A stretch of DNA of 64,000 nt from positions 1 to 64,000 of the forward strand of contig JAVECO010000099.1 of assembly GCA_051942205.1 (NCBI GenBank). Reading direction: 5' to 3'. Each line of letters begins with the position of its first letter. Positions within the stretch are counted from its first letter, which is position 1. Source of the stretch: Coniocarpon cinnabarinum. Its lineage: Eukaryota. This document shows positions 10,498 to 23,942 of this stretch, in pieces. The notes under the pieces were generated by a model. The model saw nothing but the letters and a program-made list of their open reading frames with translations. It was not told the DNA's origin and did no database searches. Made by a program: the position numbers and the translations under genes.

Positions 10498-13400
10498 TCA
10501 TTTGCCCTTTCCGAACATGCGTCCAAGTCGGTTCTGTCCGCTCATAAAGTTCTCGATCGCGTCGCCCAGGTGGAAGTCGATCCCTTCCTCTGGCAGCTTC
10601 TGCCCGTGTTTGTCGAACCGGTCCGGCATGTCTTCTGTGTCTGTCGAGTCGGCCGCCTCATCCTGATGCGCTCGACGGCGACGGTTTGAGGAAGACATCT
10701 GACCCGAGTCGCCCGGTCCGTCATGGTCCTCTCGGTGCCTTCCGCGGCTGCTTCGTGATTGCTGCTTTGGTCGATGCCGTCGGATTGTGTCATCGCTCTC
10801 GCCGCCATGATGTCCGTCGCTCGGCCCATCAAACGGTGGTCGTTCTGGTGGATGAGAAGGTGGCAGACTCCGAGGCGATAGTTCGGGCGTGGGCGGCTGC
10901 GCAGAACGGGGGTCTAAGTTGAATTGCACTGACTTGCGGCGTTCTCCATGGTCGTCATGGTGGGCGGGTGGGCTGGGATCACTTTGGCTTACATCTGTGC
11001 GGGTATAGGTTAAACTTTTGTCACGTAGGGGTCGTAGGGGAGAAGGCGCAAACACACCCTCCTTGCCATGCTGGGTGTCTCGAGGTGCTGCACTCACATG
11101 AGGGCCTTGATATGGACCCGGTTGGGGCGTACCTTGTGGGTACCCATGATATCCCTGCTGATAGCCGTATTGATCAGGCCCTGGTGTTTGGCCGTTTGGT
11201 GGATAGCCATTGGGTGCACCATAAGCTTGTTGCTGTGGTGGCTGGGCGTGGCCACTCCAGTTGGGCACTGGCGAGTATGTGTTCGTTCCCTGGTAGGCAT
11301 TGGGGTTTTGGAACCACTGATCAGGGTACTGTGCAGGCGGCGGCGACAATGTCTGTTGCGGCTCTTGGCTGTATGGACCGAAGCCGTAATCTGGTTGCTG
11401 CGGACCTGGTGGTGGCGTTTCCTGTGCAGCTTCCTCTTGACCTGGTATCTATTAGCTTTGTTCCGTCGTGCACACGAAAAACGGCGTCACATACGTCGTC
11501 GCTCACGTTCCGCACGCTTTTGCTCTCGTCGCTTCGAAGCATTATGCGCCGCCATTCCTGCAACGCCTGCTCCAGCTCCATTCTCAGCTCCTCTGTAGTT
11601 TCGGTGTCTTCTTGGTGAGCTAGAGTCAGACGACAGGGATCGACGTCCTTGGGGTGGGCCGGCGTCGCTGTAGTAGCTGTCCGCTCGACTACGGGGACGG
11701 GCGTAAGGTTCTCCCCCTTGCAAAGGTGCACCGCCGTATTCAATCGCTGGCAGCCCGCCGTGATCCTGCCCATAGGCGTCGGCACCACGGGAATGAGACC
11801 GTGGGCGCGAGCTGGAACGGCCCTTTCGAGACGGTGACTCGTCGCGCAAGCCAGCGTCATTTTCTTTCTTTGCTTTCTTGTTCTCATACAATCCAGCTAG
11901 AGCCGCTCCACCAAGGCCGGCCGCAGCAATCGGCAAGCCTTGGCGTACACGGCTTTGTGATCGACCTCCGCGGGATTTGCTCCTCACACGATCCACAACA
12001 CCCGCAATAGCAGCACTCGCGAGGCCAGCTTTTGCCATGGTAGCATTGCGCTTGTTCGGATTCTGCGCCTCAGCGGGTGCATCGGTCCTAACCTTACTCC
12101 CGCGACTGTCATAACTGTCGTAGCTCCTAGAGCGGCTGCGTGAACGAGACGATTGGCGAACCCTCGACCGGCTTCGTCGCTCTTCATCGTCCCCCTTCTT
12201 ACCACGCTTCCGAGATGCCGCGTACCCAGCCAAAGCACCGAGAGCCGCAACTCCGGCAAGCTTGCCAAGGTCTCCAATCCGACCACGTGAGGCCGAGCGT
12301 GATCGACTGCGTCTGTGACGACGGTCGCGACCCTCCCGTTCATGTGATCGAGAGCGAGACCTGGATCCAGAGCCACCACGAAAACGGCTCCTGGCACGGT
12401 TGGCAACTTCTCCGCCAAGCGCACCCAAGATTGCGCCTCCGGCGAGATTCTTCACGCCACCGCTTTTTCCCTCTTCGCGATTCTTGTTTCGACGATTCAT
12501 GAGTGCCCCAGCACCAAGGCCAGCCACAGCACCTTCCGCGACATCTAGTCGATGGCGAGACTTGGACCTCACATGCGACTCCCCGTCATCATATTCTCGA
12601 ACTTCACGCCTGTAGTAGGTTTCGTCGTCACTGTAGTCATCACGTCGCCTTGGTCGTCTATCCTCCCTGCGGCTTCGCTTGTCTCTGTCGTCACGGTCGT
12701 CTCTCGCAATCTGCCGTGTTCTGCGTTCGTAATAGTACTCGTCTTCTGGCTCCTGGCGGACTGGCACTTGAGGTTCTTCGCGTACTGCCACGGTGCGATC
12801 TTCGTTAATCTCCGTGCGTCTGTCAACCTCGGTACGTCTATCCACTTCGGTACGTCTCTCGGGCTCTGTCCGCCTGGTGACGTGCGATCGACGGTCCATC
12901 TCGGTCTGTCTGTCGACTTCAGTGCGTCTGCTGTAATGTGATTGTTGATCCCTGCGCTCTTCTTCCCGCTGGCGTTCGAGTAGCACCGATCTAGGAGAGG
13001 ATGGTCTTTCAGATCGGGCATGTTCAGATTGCTCGCGCTCACGGATGACGACTGGCTGGGGCGCCTCCTCTCGGATGATGATGGGTTGAGGCGCAGACTG
13101 GCGGATGACAATGGGACGCTGATCCGGCTCGCGCGCGTAGAAATCCGTAGTTTTGGTGTAATGATCAAGCTCGTATGGTTCGCGCTCGCGGATCGGCGGC
13201 TCGCGAGAGCGATCTTTGGAGATGCGCACTTCCCGTATCTCGCGTACCTCTGGAGATCTCAGCGGTGACCTTGCTCGTTCAGAGCGATACTCGTCAAGGT
13301 CATAGTCGTGTCGATTTTTGGACACCTCTCTGTCGAACCGATATTCGCGCACATCGTCATGAGTATCATGGCGAGGTCCGTCATCGCGACGAGAATAGCG

Positions 13401-13535
13401 GCTTGAAGTGTCCAGGCGATCGTCGTCACGGTCATCGTTGATTTTGTAGCGACGAACAGTGACATTTTTGGGTCGGTCATCTCGATAGGACTCGCGGTCC
13501 CACTCACGGTCGCGTTCGCGAACAACGACAGACAT
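10498..13535 (-). CDS. Arg/Ser/Asp-rich low-complexity fungal protein, probably DUF3824-type; at least 2 exons
   Basis: MSVVVRERDRE start at 13535; RSRSRS tracts alternating with GAAxAG hydrophobic repeats; GTATGT...CTAAT...CAG intron near 11443-11494 joins in frame to the Pro/Gln-rich 10498-11349 ORF. Confidence 0.75.
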
Positions 13536-14631
13536 GATTGTCGCCTGGGCAATAGATGTGGAAGGCGAAGATGGAGAGGATGACGTTGGGTGATCAACCA
13601 AGAGAGGAAGAAGCTTGTCGCACGCGCAAGAGCCACCGAAAGCTTCAGATGACAGATTGACACGTGAACACCACCCCGCCCCCAATTCGACTGTCGCTAC
13701 AAGTCCCCAAATTGGCTGTTCTCAGAGGAAGCGACTTGCAAGGGACGGGTCGACGGGGTCACGACTAAATCTGAGCGAAGGAGAGTAAGGCGGAAGCCGA
13801 AAGATAGTCTGCCTGACTGCGCACCATTGATTGTGGCTGGGCTGGTGAGAGGGGAATGCCAAGATAATCTGGCCTCCTCGCGCAGTCAGGCAGGTATACG
13901 TCATACGACTATCGGGCGTCTGCCTCAATTACGAGGCATCAAGCTTAATGAGACTTCAAGGCTTCGTTATCGGATGTCAAACGTGAATCGAGCGGCTTTA
14001 CCGGTCTAGGTGAATCCAAAGTCAATTCAGCCTGGAGTTAGCACCGCGTGCAATGCAATAGCGACGGCTGGACCGCGCTCGCAAGGACAGGACAGTAGTC
14101 CCGAACGTTGACGCGAATACGCTTCACTGAGCTTGAGCGTGACGCTCTCTTGATCGCGCCTCCTGACGGTAGAACGGAAGCCTCGGACACACGCACTCCT
14201 GTTCTAAGCAGTGGGCAGTTCAATTTGGATGCAAGAGCGTTCGTCAAACGAACGGTTGATGAGAAGGGCGACGCAAAGTTTGGAGAAATTAGCGCTAACC
14301 GCAAGAGACACACAACCCGGCGGCGTGCAAGCAACACGAGCCAATGAGATGGACTGTGGGCGGTGTATTTTCAGCGTGAGCCACGCATATTTATTCCGAT
14401 TGTAGTGGGCGTTGGTGGGCTATCAGAGTAAGGTATGCAAGTCTTAATATGAGGCGACGAATACGTGCAGCACGCAGTTCGGCAGCCTTTGGCTGATATT
14501 GTATTATCTCATGATGGTTGATGCCAGCGTGATGCTGAGAACCTCGGAACGTCCAGACATTCGCAATACCTGACACTAGGATCCATTCCCCAATCTAGGA
14601 ATGTCCTCCTAAACGAAACCAGGCGGGGGAA

Positions 14632-17600
14632 CTACAACGAAGCTGCATGGCTTCGTTTCAACGTACTTTTCCGGGCAACCAACCTCCCTATCGACGCAAA
14701 TGTCTGTCCTCCGAGTATCTCAAACACCGCGACATCAGCCTGAAACTCCCTCGAAATCCAACTCCTCAGCTCCACGGCCAGCAGCGAGTCCACCCCAAAG
14801 CTGTGGATGGCCACCTGCAAGTCTACGCTGTCTTCCTGAACGGACGACATTGCTTGCGCCAGCTTTGCTATCAAAGCCCTTGCAGCGATATTACTGGCAT
14901 CTACGAGCGTTTTAGCTTCAACAAAGGCCGAGCGAAAGTTTCGTACATCCACTGCAGCTTCGGTGGTCCCGGCTAGAGAGCTAGGCATGTGATGCATCGC
15001 GTTGAAGAATGGCTGCCGCATCCAATCAGGCACATCGCGACCACGCGAAAGCATGTTCGCAGGCGTGTTGATGCCAATGACGATCTGAGAGTCCCTGGGC
15101 GTATCAATCTGATTCGCCGGATCGCAGTAACGCTCCAGCAGGGCAAATATGTGTCTGCGCGTGATTGGTAGCATAGAACCCGACTTCAGGAGGCGATGTT
15201 GGATGTCTTTGTTTTCTGCGAGATATCCGTCTGACACAATAGCGCCAAGGTCAATGGAGATCGCTTTGAGTCCACGGGCTATTCGATATCTGGCGAGCGC
15301 GTCGAGATAGGTATTTCCAGCGGCATAGTTGGCCTGTCCCCTCTGCCCGCATATTCCTGAGACAGATGATAGAAGAATGAAGAAGTCCATTGATTCGGGT
15401 AGATAGTGGTGGAGGTTCCAGGATCCCTGTACTTTTGGTCTGACCGCAGCATTCCACTGTGACAGATCCATACTCTCGAACAACGCATCCTGTCCATAAG
15501 TTAGCCTTCGGTCAGACCGCTCAGTCGAAGCACGCTCACCGCCAACACCATTGACGCCTGAACACAGCCTTTAACAGGGGGTTGCACGTTTGCCAGGACG
15601 TTCTCTGTCGCGATCGCGGAACTTATATCACATCTGGGGGCTTGCACGTGGACTCCCTGACTCTTAAGCTCTTGCAGCAGTTCTTTCGCAGCCAACGATG
15701 TTGGTCCTGATCGTGAGAGAAGTAGCAAATTCCTGGCTCCTTGACTAACCATCCATCGCACGATGCTTCTTCCTACTCCGCCGAAGCCCCCTGCTATCAC
15801 GTAAGTGGCATTACTCTTTAATTGGTAGTTCGACTTTCGCGATAGCAAAGTCTGTAATCGCTAATTGTCAGCATTAAATCATCAGACGAGTGTATATAAG
15901 TCGCTTACCGGGACTGCAGCATCTCTTTGAACCTCGAAAACCGCCTTCCCACTGCTTTTGCCATCAGAAAACAGCCTGAAAATTTGCGACACGTCCGAAA
16001 TACTATGAACGTGCAGCGGTCTAGCTGTATGAAGTAGCTTGCGACTGAACATGTCCATGATGGTCTCGATACCTTGACGCGCTTGGTCCGGCCGCTCCGT
16101 CATCCAGATAGAGCCGTCGAATGCTGAAAACGACACACTTTTGCTAAAAGGCCGCATCGGGAGGGTCGAGTTGGCCAGAATATCCTTCTTCCCGATCTCC
16201 ACAAATCGCCCGTAGGGTGCCATGCATTCCCACGAAGCCACGAGACTCTCGCCGGCTAACGAGTTGAGCACAACGTCTACGCCGCGGTTGCTGGTCAGTC
16301 GCATGACACCCCTTGCAAACGTCACGTCTCTGCTGTACAAAACGTGGCTTTCGTCTAGCCCGTATTGTTGAATCAGCAGGGTTTTCTTGGCCATAGATCC
16401 GACTGTAGCAAAGACCTTCGCGCCCAAGTGCTGCGCAATCTGGATTGCAGCCTGTCCGGTCCCACCAGCGCCAGCATGAATCAATACTGACTCACCTTTA
16501 GCGAGGCGTGCAATATTGACAAGGCATGTCCATGCAGTAACGAACTGAGTAGGTATTGCTGCCGCTTCAGTAAAGGAGACATGGTCAGGGAGCAGGCAAA
16601 CACATTGGTATGTGCTTCTAGCGAAAGTTTTGAAAGCCTCGGTCGTGGACATGCAGACTCGATCTCCTGTCTTGAAAGGTGTTGCTGATCCAGATCGAGA
16701 CACAAGGCCTGCACACTCATTGCCCAAACCTGGGGCTTCTACTCGCCCCAAAGCGATCAGACAGTCCTTGAAGTTCATGCCCACAGCATGAACTTCAATC
16801 TCAACTTCATCGTCTGCTAGTGTTCTGTAATGCTCCAAGTCCTCGACGAATGTCAACGTATCAAGAAGTCCTGGCTTCCTGACAGTCATTCGCAGAGGAG
16901 GTGCACTTCCCCACTGGGAATGTCCAGTGACTTGTGATTCCGCCACATGTTGAATTGCCCGACTGGTGTCCGCAGCGCTTTGAAGTCGCACAAAGTGCAT
17001 CACGTTATCTATCTCAATATAGTCAGATTCGCAGGAGAGCCCCCTGTCTTTGAGAGATTGCCGAGCAATGTCCAAGATCTTTCCAGGCCTAGCGATAAGC
17101 CGGCTAGGATCTGTTGAAGCGATCGTAATCAACTTCAGACATTCGTTTTCATTCCGAAGTACACGCGCAAATCCGTCAATCATTGCGAACTCAGGAGTGT
17201 GACTGCCTTCTGATGTAGCTTTAGTGATCCACAACACGACATCAAACGACGAAAAGACTCCACGCAATGTATCCATCTTTGTTTCCGCGAATGAATTAAG
17301 AGCGGCTTGCTCTAAATCTAAGAAGAAACACACCGCTGTGTCATGTGATTTAAGCGGCACCAGGTCCTGCAAAGATGACTGCTGACATCTAGAACCGCTC
17401 TGTGACGTTAAGTAATCAGTAAGAGCTGATCCGAGCTTGCTCTCCGTCATCATATGACTGTCGCTTGTGATGATTGACGCAGTCCAGGGTTGTACGGTAG
17501 CTGAGGTACTCTCTTCTGGCTTGGTCGAAATCAGAACACTCAACTCGTGACAATCCGAGTTCGTGTAGTCGTCAAACCTTATGTCGACCCCGCTGAATCC

Positions 17601-20600
17601 GCTTCGAATGAGATGTTTATGCCACTGCTCAACCCCTATACAAGGGCTTTCAGTTCGAAATCCTTCGTTGCTAAGCCACCAGCCGGGAAGGAGGCCCATG
17701 ATGAAACCATTGCGCAAAATCTCCGGGCGGGTGATTTCGTAGAGAACGAGTCTTCCCCCCGGCCGAAGGAGCTGGTGGACGTGGTTCAGGGTGCTTTGTA
17801 AACTTGCTGTCGCGTGCAAAACATTTGCAGCAATGATAGCATCATATTGTTCTGTATTGTAGCCCTGCGTGATCGGGTCTTCCCCAATGTCAAGCCTTTG
17901 AAATTTCAAGCCTCCGTAGGCTTGAAAGGTATCTCGTGCAGATGCAAAAAAAGACTCCGAGACATCAGTAAAGTTGTATTCGCTGTACATTGATGGACTG
18001 ACAGCTGGATCGTGATGCATGTGCAAAGCCTCAAGAATTGGTGAAGTGGAACCCCCTGTGCCGGCTCCAACTTCAAGGTATTTCGCGTTGTGGTGTTTTG
18101 CTGCAAATGCTTCGAGATATGATCCTAGGGCCTTAAAGGCGTGTCCGCTGCGACAAAGATCCTCGTAGTGGGCACTTAAAAGATTGGAGCTGAAGAGTAG
18201 GTCCAAAACGTCGACTTCACCTCCTAAAATGGCACCTAGGTTTTGAGCAACAACAGCGTAGATTCTACCTTGGGCGCCGTTTCTCTCAATTGATGTCCAC
18301 ATCGAATTCATAAGCTCAGCATGTTCTGCGAGCGTTTCGAATGTGCCCTCATATCCTGGCAGACGATGGGAGTGGTACTGATCTACTTTTCGCTGAGCCC
18401 ATCTCCCGTAGTCCGCAAAGTGCCGCTTAGCTTGGAATCCGCTCGTATCAAGTTTGCAGATGGCGTGTAGAGATGTAAATAGCAGGAATGTAAGCTTCTG
18501 ATAAAAGTCAATCGGCTCTTCACGGGGGTGTACGCGACCAAGACACATCTCTTGCACATGTTTTGCTTCGTTGATTTCCACGTCAATATAGGTGCCGAGA
18601 TGCCAGATTTGATGCTTTTCGGAGTCGAGGCCATCAGTAAACCCGTCATGCTCAACTTTTGACAATTGCAATCCTTCAATATACGTTCCCAGCTTGGAGC
18701 GGTGATTTGTCAAAGCGGAAGACCGCGCGAATGCATTTCGAGAATCAACTTGCTCAATCTTTGCGGTCGCATCAATGTACTGATTTGATGGCCAATCTAG
18801 GAACGAATTTGATAGCCACAAGTTCCGAATGTAAGTTGGCACCATGGTTGAGCATTCCTGCGTCCCGCCCCGTGCAAGGGCTACCATGGGAAGTTGGATC
18901 AATCCATCTAGGGTGCATGGATGTATGACGTGTTCTTGACGAGGATTTTCAAGGCTTTCAAAATCCCACTCAAAACATCTGATTGTTGCAGCTACCTCAG
19001 ATGAGTTGAATTTGGCATTGTGTATGGACTTAAAACTGTCCCCAAATTGCAAACCCAACGAGGCAAGGCGTTCGTAAAGTGTCAACGTTGATGCTGATTC
19101 CTGACATGCTCTTTCGATCATGTCATGCATATTCTGAAAGCTTTTGAGCCGCTCCGAATCCTCTTTGCCTGCATCGATTTCGGAAAAGATCGTTTCGTAG
19201 CTCACACGAGCAAAACCCTCGCAGTGCTCTACCCATTGCTCATCCACAGAGCTATATATTCTGAAATCCGACCAGGTGTCATGCTTGATGCTTGTGCTTC
19301 GAGTTCGTCGGAGATACAGCTGTGTTTCAACGCCGCCATTCGAGCTAGCAATGGTCATGGGAGTATGGAACTTGACATCCTTGAATTCAAAACCGCTTAC
19401 CGCCTTGTCGGACTTGCTTAGTTGATTCAGGGCTTCAACCACCATGACCAGCATTCCAGCGGCTGGATACAAGACTGATTCATTGATCTGTACATGTGTG
19501 AATTCTCAGGCATACATTCGAGATGCTAAAGCTTACCTTGTGATCGCCAACCCATGGTAGCTGCGATGTAGAGAGAAAATTTCGCCATCGCGCCTCACTT
19601 GGATTCCAATCCGCCACACGCTTGCCCAAAAGATCCAGCTTTGGCTCTTCCAGTAATCTGACGTTCTTGCTCATCCGGCTTTCATACCAGAAACTCTGCG
19701 AGTGGTTGAAGGGATAGGAAGGAAGACCATTGATCGGAATGAATGCATGCTTGTCAAGGTGAGCCAGGTCGGTACAAAGAGGATTTATTGGGACACCAGC
19801 GCATAGTAGTTTTCCAAGAGCATCCAGAAACGTTTTTGAACTTGACTCTCTCCTTTTCATTACCGGCACGTACGTTACATTTTTTGTTTTGCTCGAAGTA
19901 CTCAGAATATTTCTAACAGGAGCTTTTAGAGCGCTGTGCGGTCCGAGCTCCACACATATGTCCATATGAAGCTGATTGAGATGGCTCTTGTCGAGCTTCG
20001 GGCGTCTTTGCTGCGTAAGTAACTGCATGAATGCTGTCTCGAACTGGACTGGTGACACTAGATTTCGTGACCAATATGAAGCCTGCAGGAGCTCCTCGTG
20101 TTCCACTCTTTTGCCGGTCACGCTGGAGATCATTATGATCGGACGATGGCTAGAACTGTGGCCAGGCTCGAGATTTTTTAGCGAAGCTGCATAGTCTTGC
20201 GCTATTCCCTGCATTTGTGGCGAGTGGTATGCGACACCAGTTGACAATCTTCTTGAGAAGAGTCCTTGGCTCTCGAGACTAGCTTTCAGCTTGTCAATTT
20301 GAGACGAAGGCCCCGACACTGTAACGCTATTCGAGCTATTGTAGCAAGCGATGACCAGGGTCTGAGATGCTCCTGGAATCTTTTGAAGCTCAAGCTCCAC
20401 ATCCGTCGCATTCGCTCCCACAGAAAGCATAGTATGGGCTTCATTCTGGCTCGTCCTTAGTTTTGAAGCATATAGACCTCGCATATAGGCTATTCTCATG
20501 GCTGAATTCTTACAGAGAGCGCCACAACAATATCTGAAGTATGATGAGCATGGAGACAGACACCTGATAGGACTCTCGTAGACACGTACGCAGCAGCTAT

Positions 20601-23033
20601 CTCACCTGAAGAGTGGCCAAGAGTAGCAATCGGTTGTACACCCGCATTTACAAGCATCTCAACGAGCGCTATCTGCAAAGCGGTGCACAGTGGTTGAGCT
20701 AATGCAGGATCGTCGATCTGACTCTGCTCGGAGAGCTTCGCTATCTCTTCTACATGGCTGACTGCTTAGTTGATGATCGTGCAGCGGAGAAAGGAGCAAG
20801 TGACATGTCTGGATGCCTGACGTACCCATTAATCTCCAGGAACAGCCTAAAGACTGTAGATGCACATCGATATCCTGTAGACATCGTTTGAACACCGCGT
20901 GAGCAAGTAAGTCCTTGCCCATGGTTGGCCATTGTGCTCCTTGGCCGGTGAAGATGAGTGCAATCTTGGGCTCTGAAATGGCTCTCGAGGGTGAAGAAAC
21001 CGATTGATGGATGTTGGGGAGGCTTTCGCCAGAGGATTCCAGAACTGCATAAACCTTCCAACGTAACGATGAGCGGTGGGCAAATAGTGTATAGACCAAA
21101 TTTTCAAGATATCTGCTGCGGTCGATGTGGGGATGGTGTTTGAAGAAATGAAGAAAATGCTGTGCATACGATTCTGTCATTTGGCGAATACTTTGCACAT
21201 CAGACGCAGAGAGGACGAGAAGCTTATGGGGTAATCCAGATGTCGAGTCCGCAGGTTTGCAACAGTGGTCAGCATTTGTGTACGCCACTTGGCCAGTGGT
21301 AGGTGCAGAGGCTAGATCATCGTGCTCAGTGGATGTGCAGTGAAGACCACGATACCCATTTTCAAGCAGGAAGTGGAAGGCATCGTCCAGGACCGCATGA
21401 GCGTTAGAGCCTCCGAAACCAAAAGAGTTGACAGACGCCCGGCGAAGACCCTTGTAGGGCCACGGAGTAGCTTCCCGAGGAAACTAGAAGATGGCTGTCA
21501 GTAAGAGTTTTCCAGCAGCTCCAAGTTGCCTTACTTACCTTGACTTTCAGGTATTCTTCATCAATGCGTTTATTGACCGTGGTAAGCCCAACGTTTCCAG
21601 GTATTATTCCTCTTTCCAGGATCAGGATAGCCTTTATGATTCCAGCAAGGCCACTTGCACCCTCAAGATGGCCAATGTTTGATTTGACCGCACCACTGTG
21701 AAGATGTTAGTTTGTGCTTTGCAGACTTCCACAAGTATCTAGTTTGAGCTCGAGCCTACACGTATAGTGGGTTGCGATTTTGACGATATGAGCGAAATAC
21801 CTCGCCCAAAGCATTTACTTCTATAGGATCGCCAACGGGGGTACCAGTTCCGTGTGCTTCAAAATAGCCGGTTCTACCTAGGTTCAGTCCTGCCTTATCG
21901 TAACAGTCTCTTATTAGTTGCTCTTGTGATGATTGAATTGGTTGTGTGATACCAGGCGAGAAGCCGTCTTGGTTTGATCCCGTCGATCGGATAACGGCTC
22001 GAATAGTATCCCCATCATTGAGTGCGCGTGACACAGTCTTGACAATTACGGCCGCAATCCCTTCTCCACGGCCGTAGCCATTACCACGTTCATCGAAGCT
22101 CCAGGATCGCCCGTCAGGAGACAACATGTTCATATCGGAAAGGATGTAGAACAGATCCGTGGATAGCAAAAGGTTCGCCCCCGTGACAATCGCCTGTATA
22201 CCCATTTTTAGCAATGTTCATTTGATTTCTTGTTTGGAGAGACTTGCCATGTTGGAGTTCCCGCAGTGGAGTGATTGGCAAGCCAAGTCCAGAGCGACAA
22301 GGCTGCTGGAGCATGCGGTGTCAATGTTTAAACTTTCCCCTTTAAGATTGAAGAACCAACTAATTCGGTTGGCATTCAGCGTTGTTGTGATTCCCGTCGC
22401 AGCGTAACTTGCAGCGCTCTCCACATCCTTTGTATAGAGGCCCTTGAAGTCATCTGTGAAACACCCGTTGAAGACAGATGTTCGAGAGGTGGCAACGTGC
22501 TCCATGGGGATACCAGCTTCTCCGTTGATTAGTCGTTCTATTCTTAGCCTAAGCATCCATCCGGGCCTCACCATTCTCCAGTGCGTGATAAACGACTTCA
22601 AGCAACAAGCGCTGCTGTGGATCCATAGACGCAGCTTCAGCGGCAGAAATGGCGAAAAAAGGCGCGTCAAAAGCTGCAACATCTTCGCTGAGAAAGTTGG
22701 CGGCTTTGACGGCAGTCTGCATCTTTGTTTTAGATATCGAAGCATTATTTGCAGGTGCTACTGCAAGAACCGGTCACTAACCGTATCATGTCTTGTCGGA
22801 TCTGGATGGTAGATGCTATTCGGCTGCATACGTTCAGCCGGAAACTCTGTCACAGTAGATCTTCCTGCTTCGAGCATGCTCCAGAAGTTGTTGACAGACG
22901 TTGCATCACCGGGAAATTTGAGAGACACGCCGACAATGGCAATGGGTTCGAAATGCTGCGACGGGGCCTCGTGTTCTTGGGATGAAGGATTGCAATTTGA
23001 ACCGAACTCTGCCTCATTTGGCGTAGGTGCCAT
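14632..23033 (-). CDS. Highly reducing iterative type I polyketide synthase (KS-AT-DH-cMT-ER-KR-ACP); multi-exon
   Basis: [103 protein letters not shown]. c[62 protein letters not shown]. Confidence 0.97.
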
Positions 23034-23942
23034 TATGGAAAGAATAAGACAATCACTACGCGGTCGGACTATTGAGTTGCGCTCGCATTGGCTTTTGCTA
23101 AGTGAAATATTTCGCAAGCTGAATAGCAGGCTTCGCAATGCTTGTAAAAAGTTTAAAATCAGCGAACAACCCGGATCAGGATCAAGTCTCCAGGCGCGTA
23201 ACAGCCACACCCAAGCACGTACAGCGGTGGGCCTCGCGGATCAGCTCATTTATGACGCGCTAGTTTGCTTACACAAGCTTTCGCCACGTCTTTATGGCAG
23301 CAGGCAATCGTCAGCAGCGCCTCATCATGATAGACTTGTACTCGAGGCAAAAACGAGTATTATTGTCTAGTGCTAGCGCCATACCTGATCAAAGCCTCAG
23401 CCACGAGATCCACTCACGACATCCAATTCGGGGGACCCTGAAGTGGGGAACTCATGGCACAAGGTAGGCTTTGATTGGGCCTAACAGACGTTTCATGGAC
23501 TTGCGAACGCGTGAGCCGACGTCGAACGGTCCACGACTTCAACCTAGCTGAGGCTCGCATCTTACAGGCAGACACCAGCGAACAAGCGGCGCAGACATGT
23601 GACAATCAGTCATCAGCTCGCTCTGCCCGCCGTCGGCCTCAGCATGCAGCAAAGAGGCGCAACATCCTGACCGAGGAATCTGCAAATGCAGAATATTGCT
23701 TTAGTGATGTAACAACGATGTGGTCAGGAGTAAGCCTGACGTGGATCACGAGAGATGAATGGTGTCCCAAATCAGATCATGAGTGTCCGAATTGCTATAA
23801 ATGTATCTACAAGGCAACAAGGATCTTGTCTCTTCTGCTCGCCGTGAACTAAAGTAGTCGAAGCTCATTCAGCTGCTACGAGACATGTTCATATATATCT
23901 ACCTCCAACTTCCAATTGATAGGTAGTATAGTACCGGAAACA

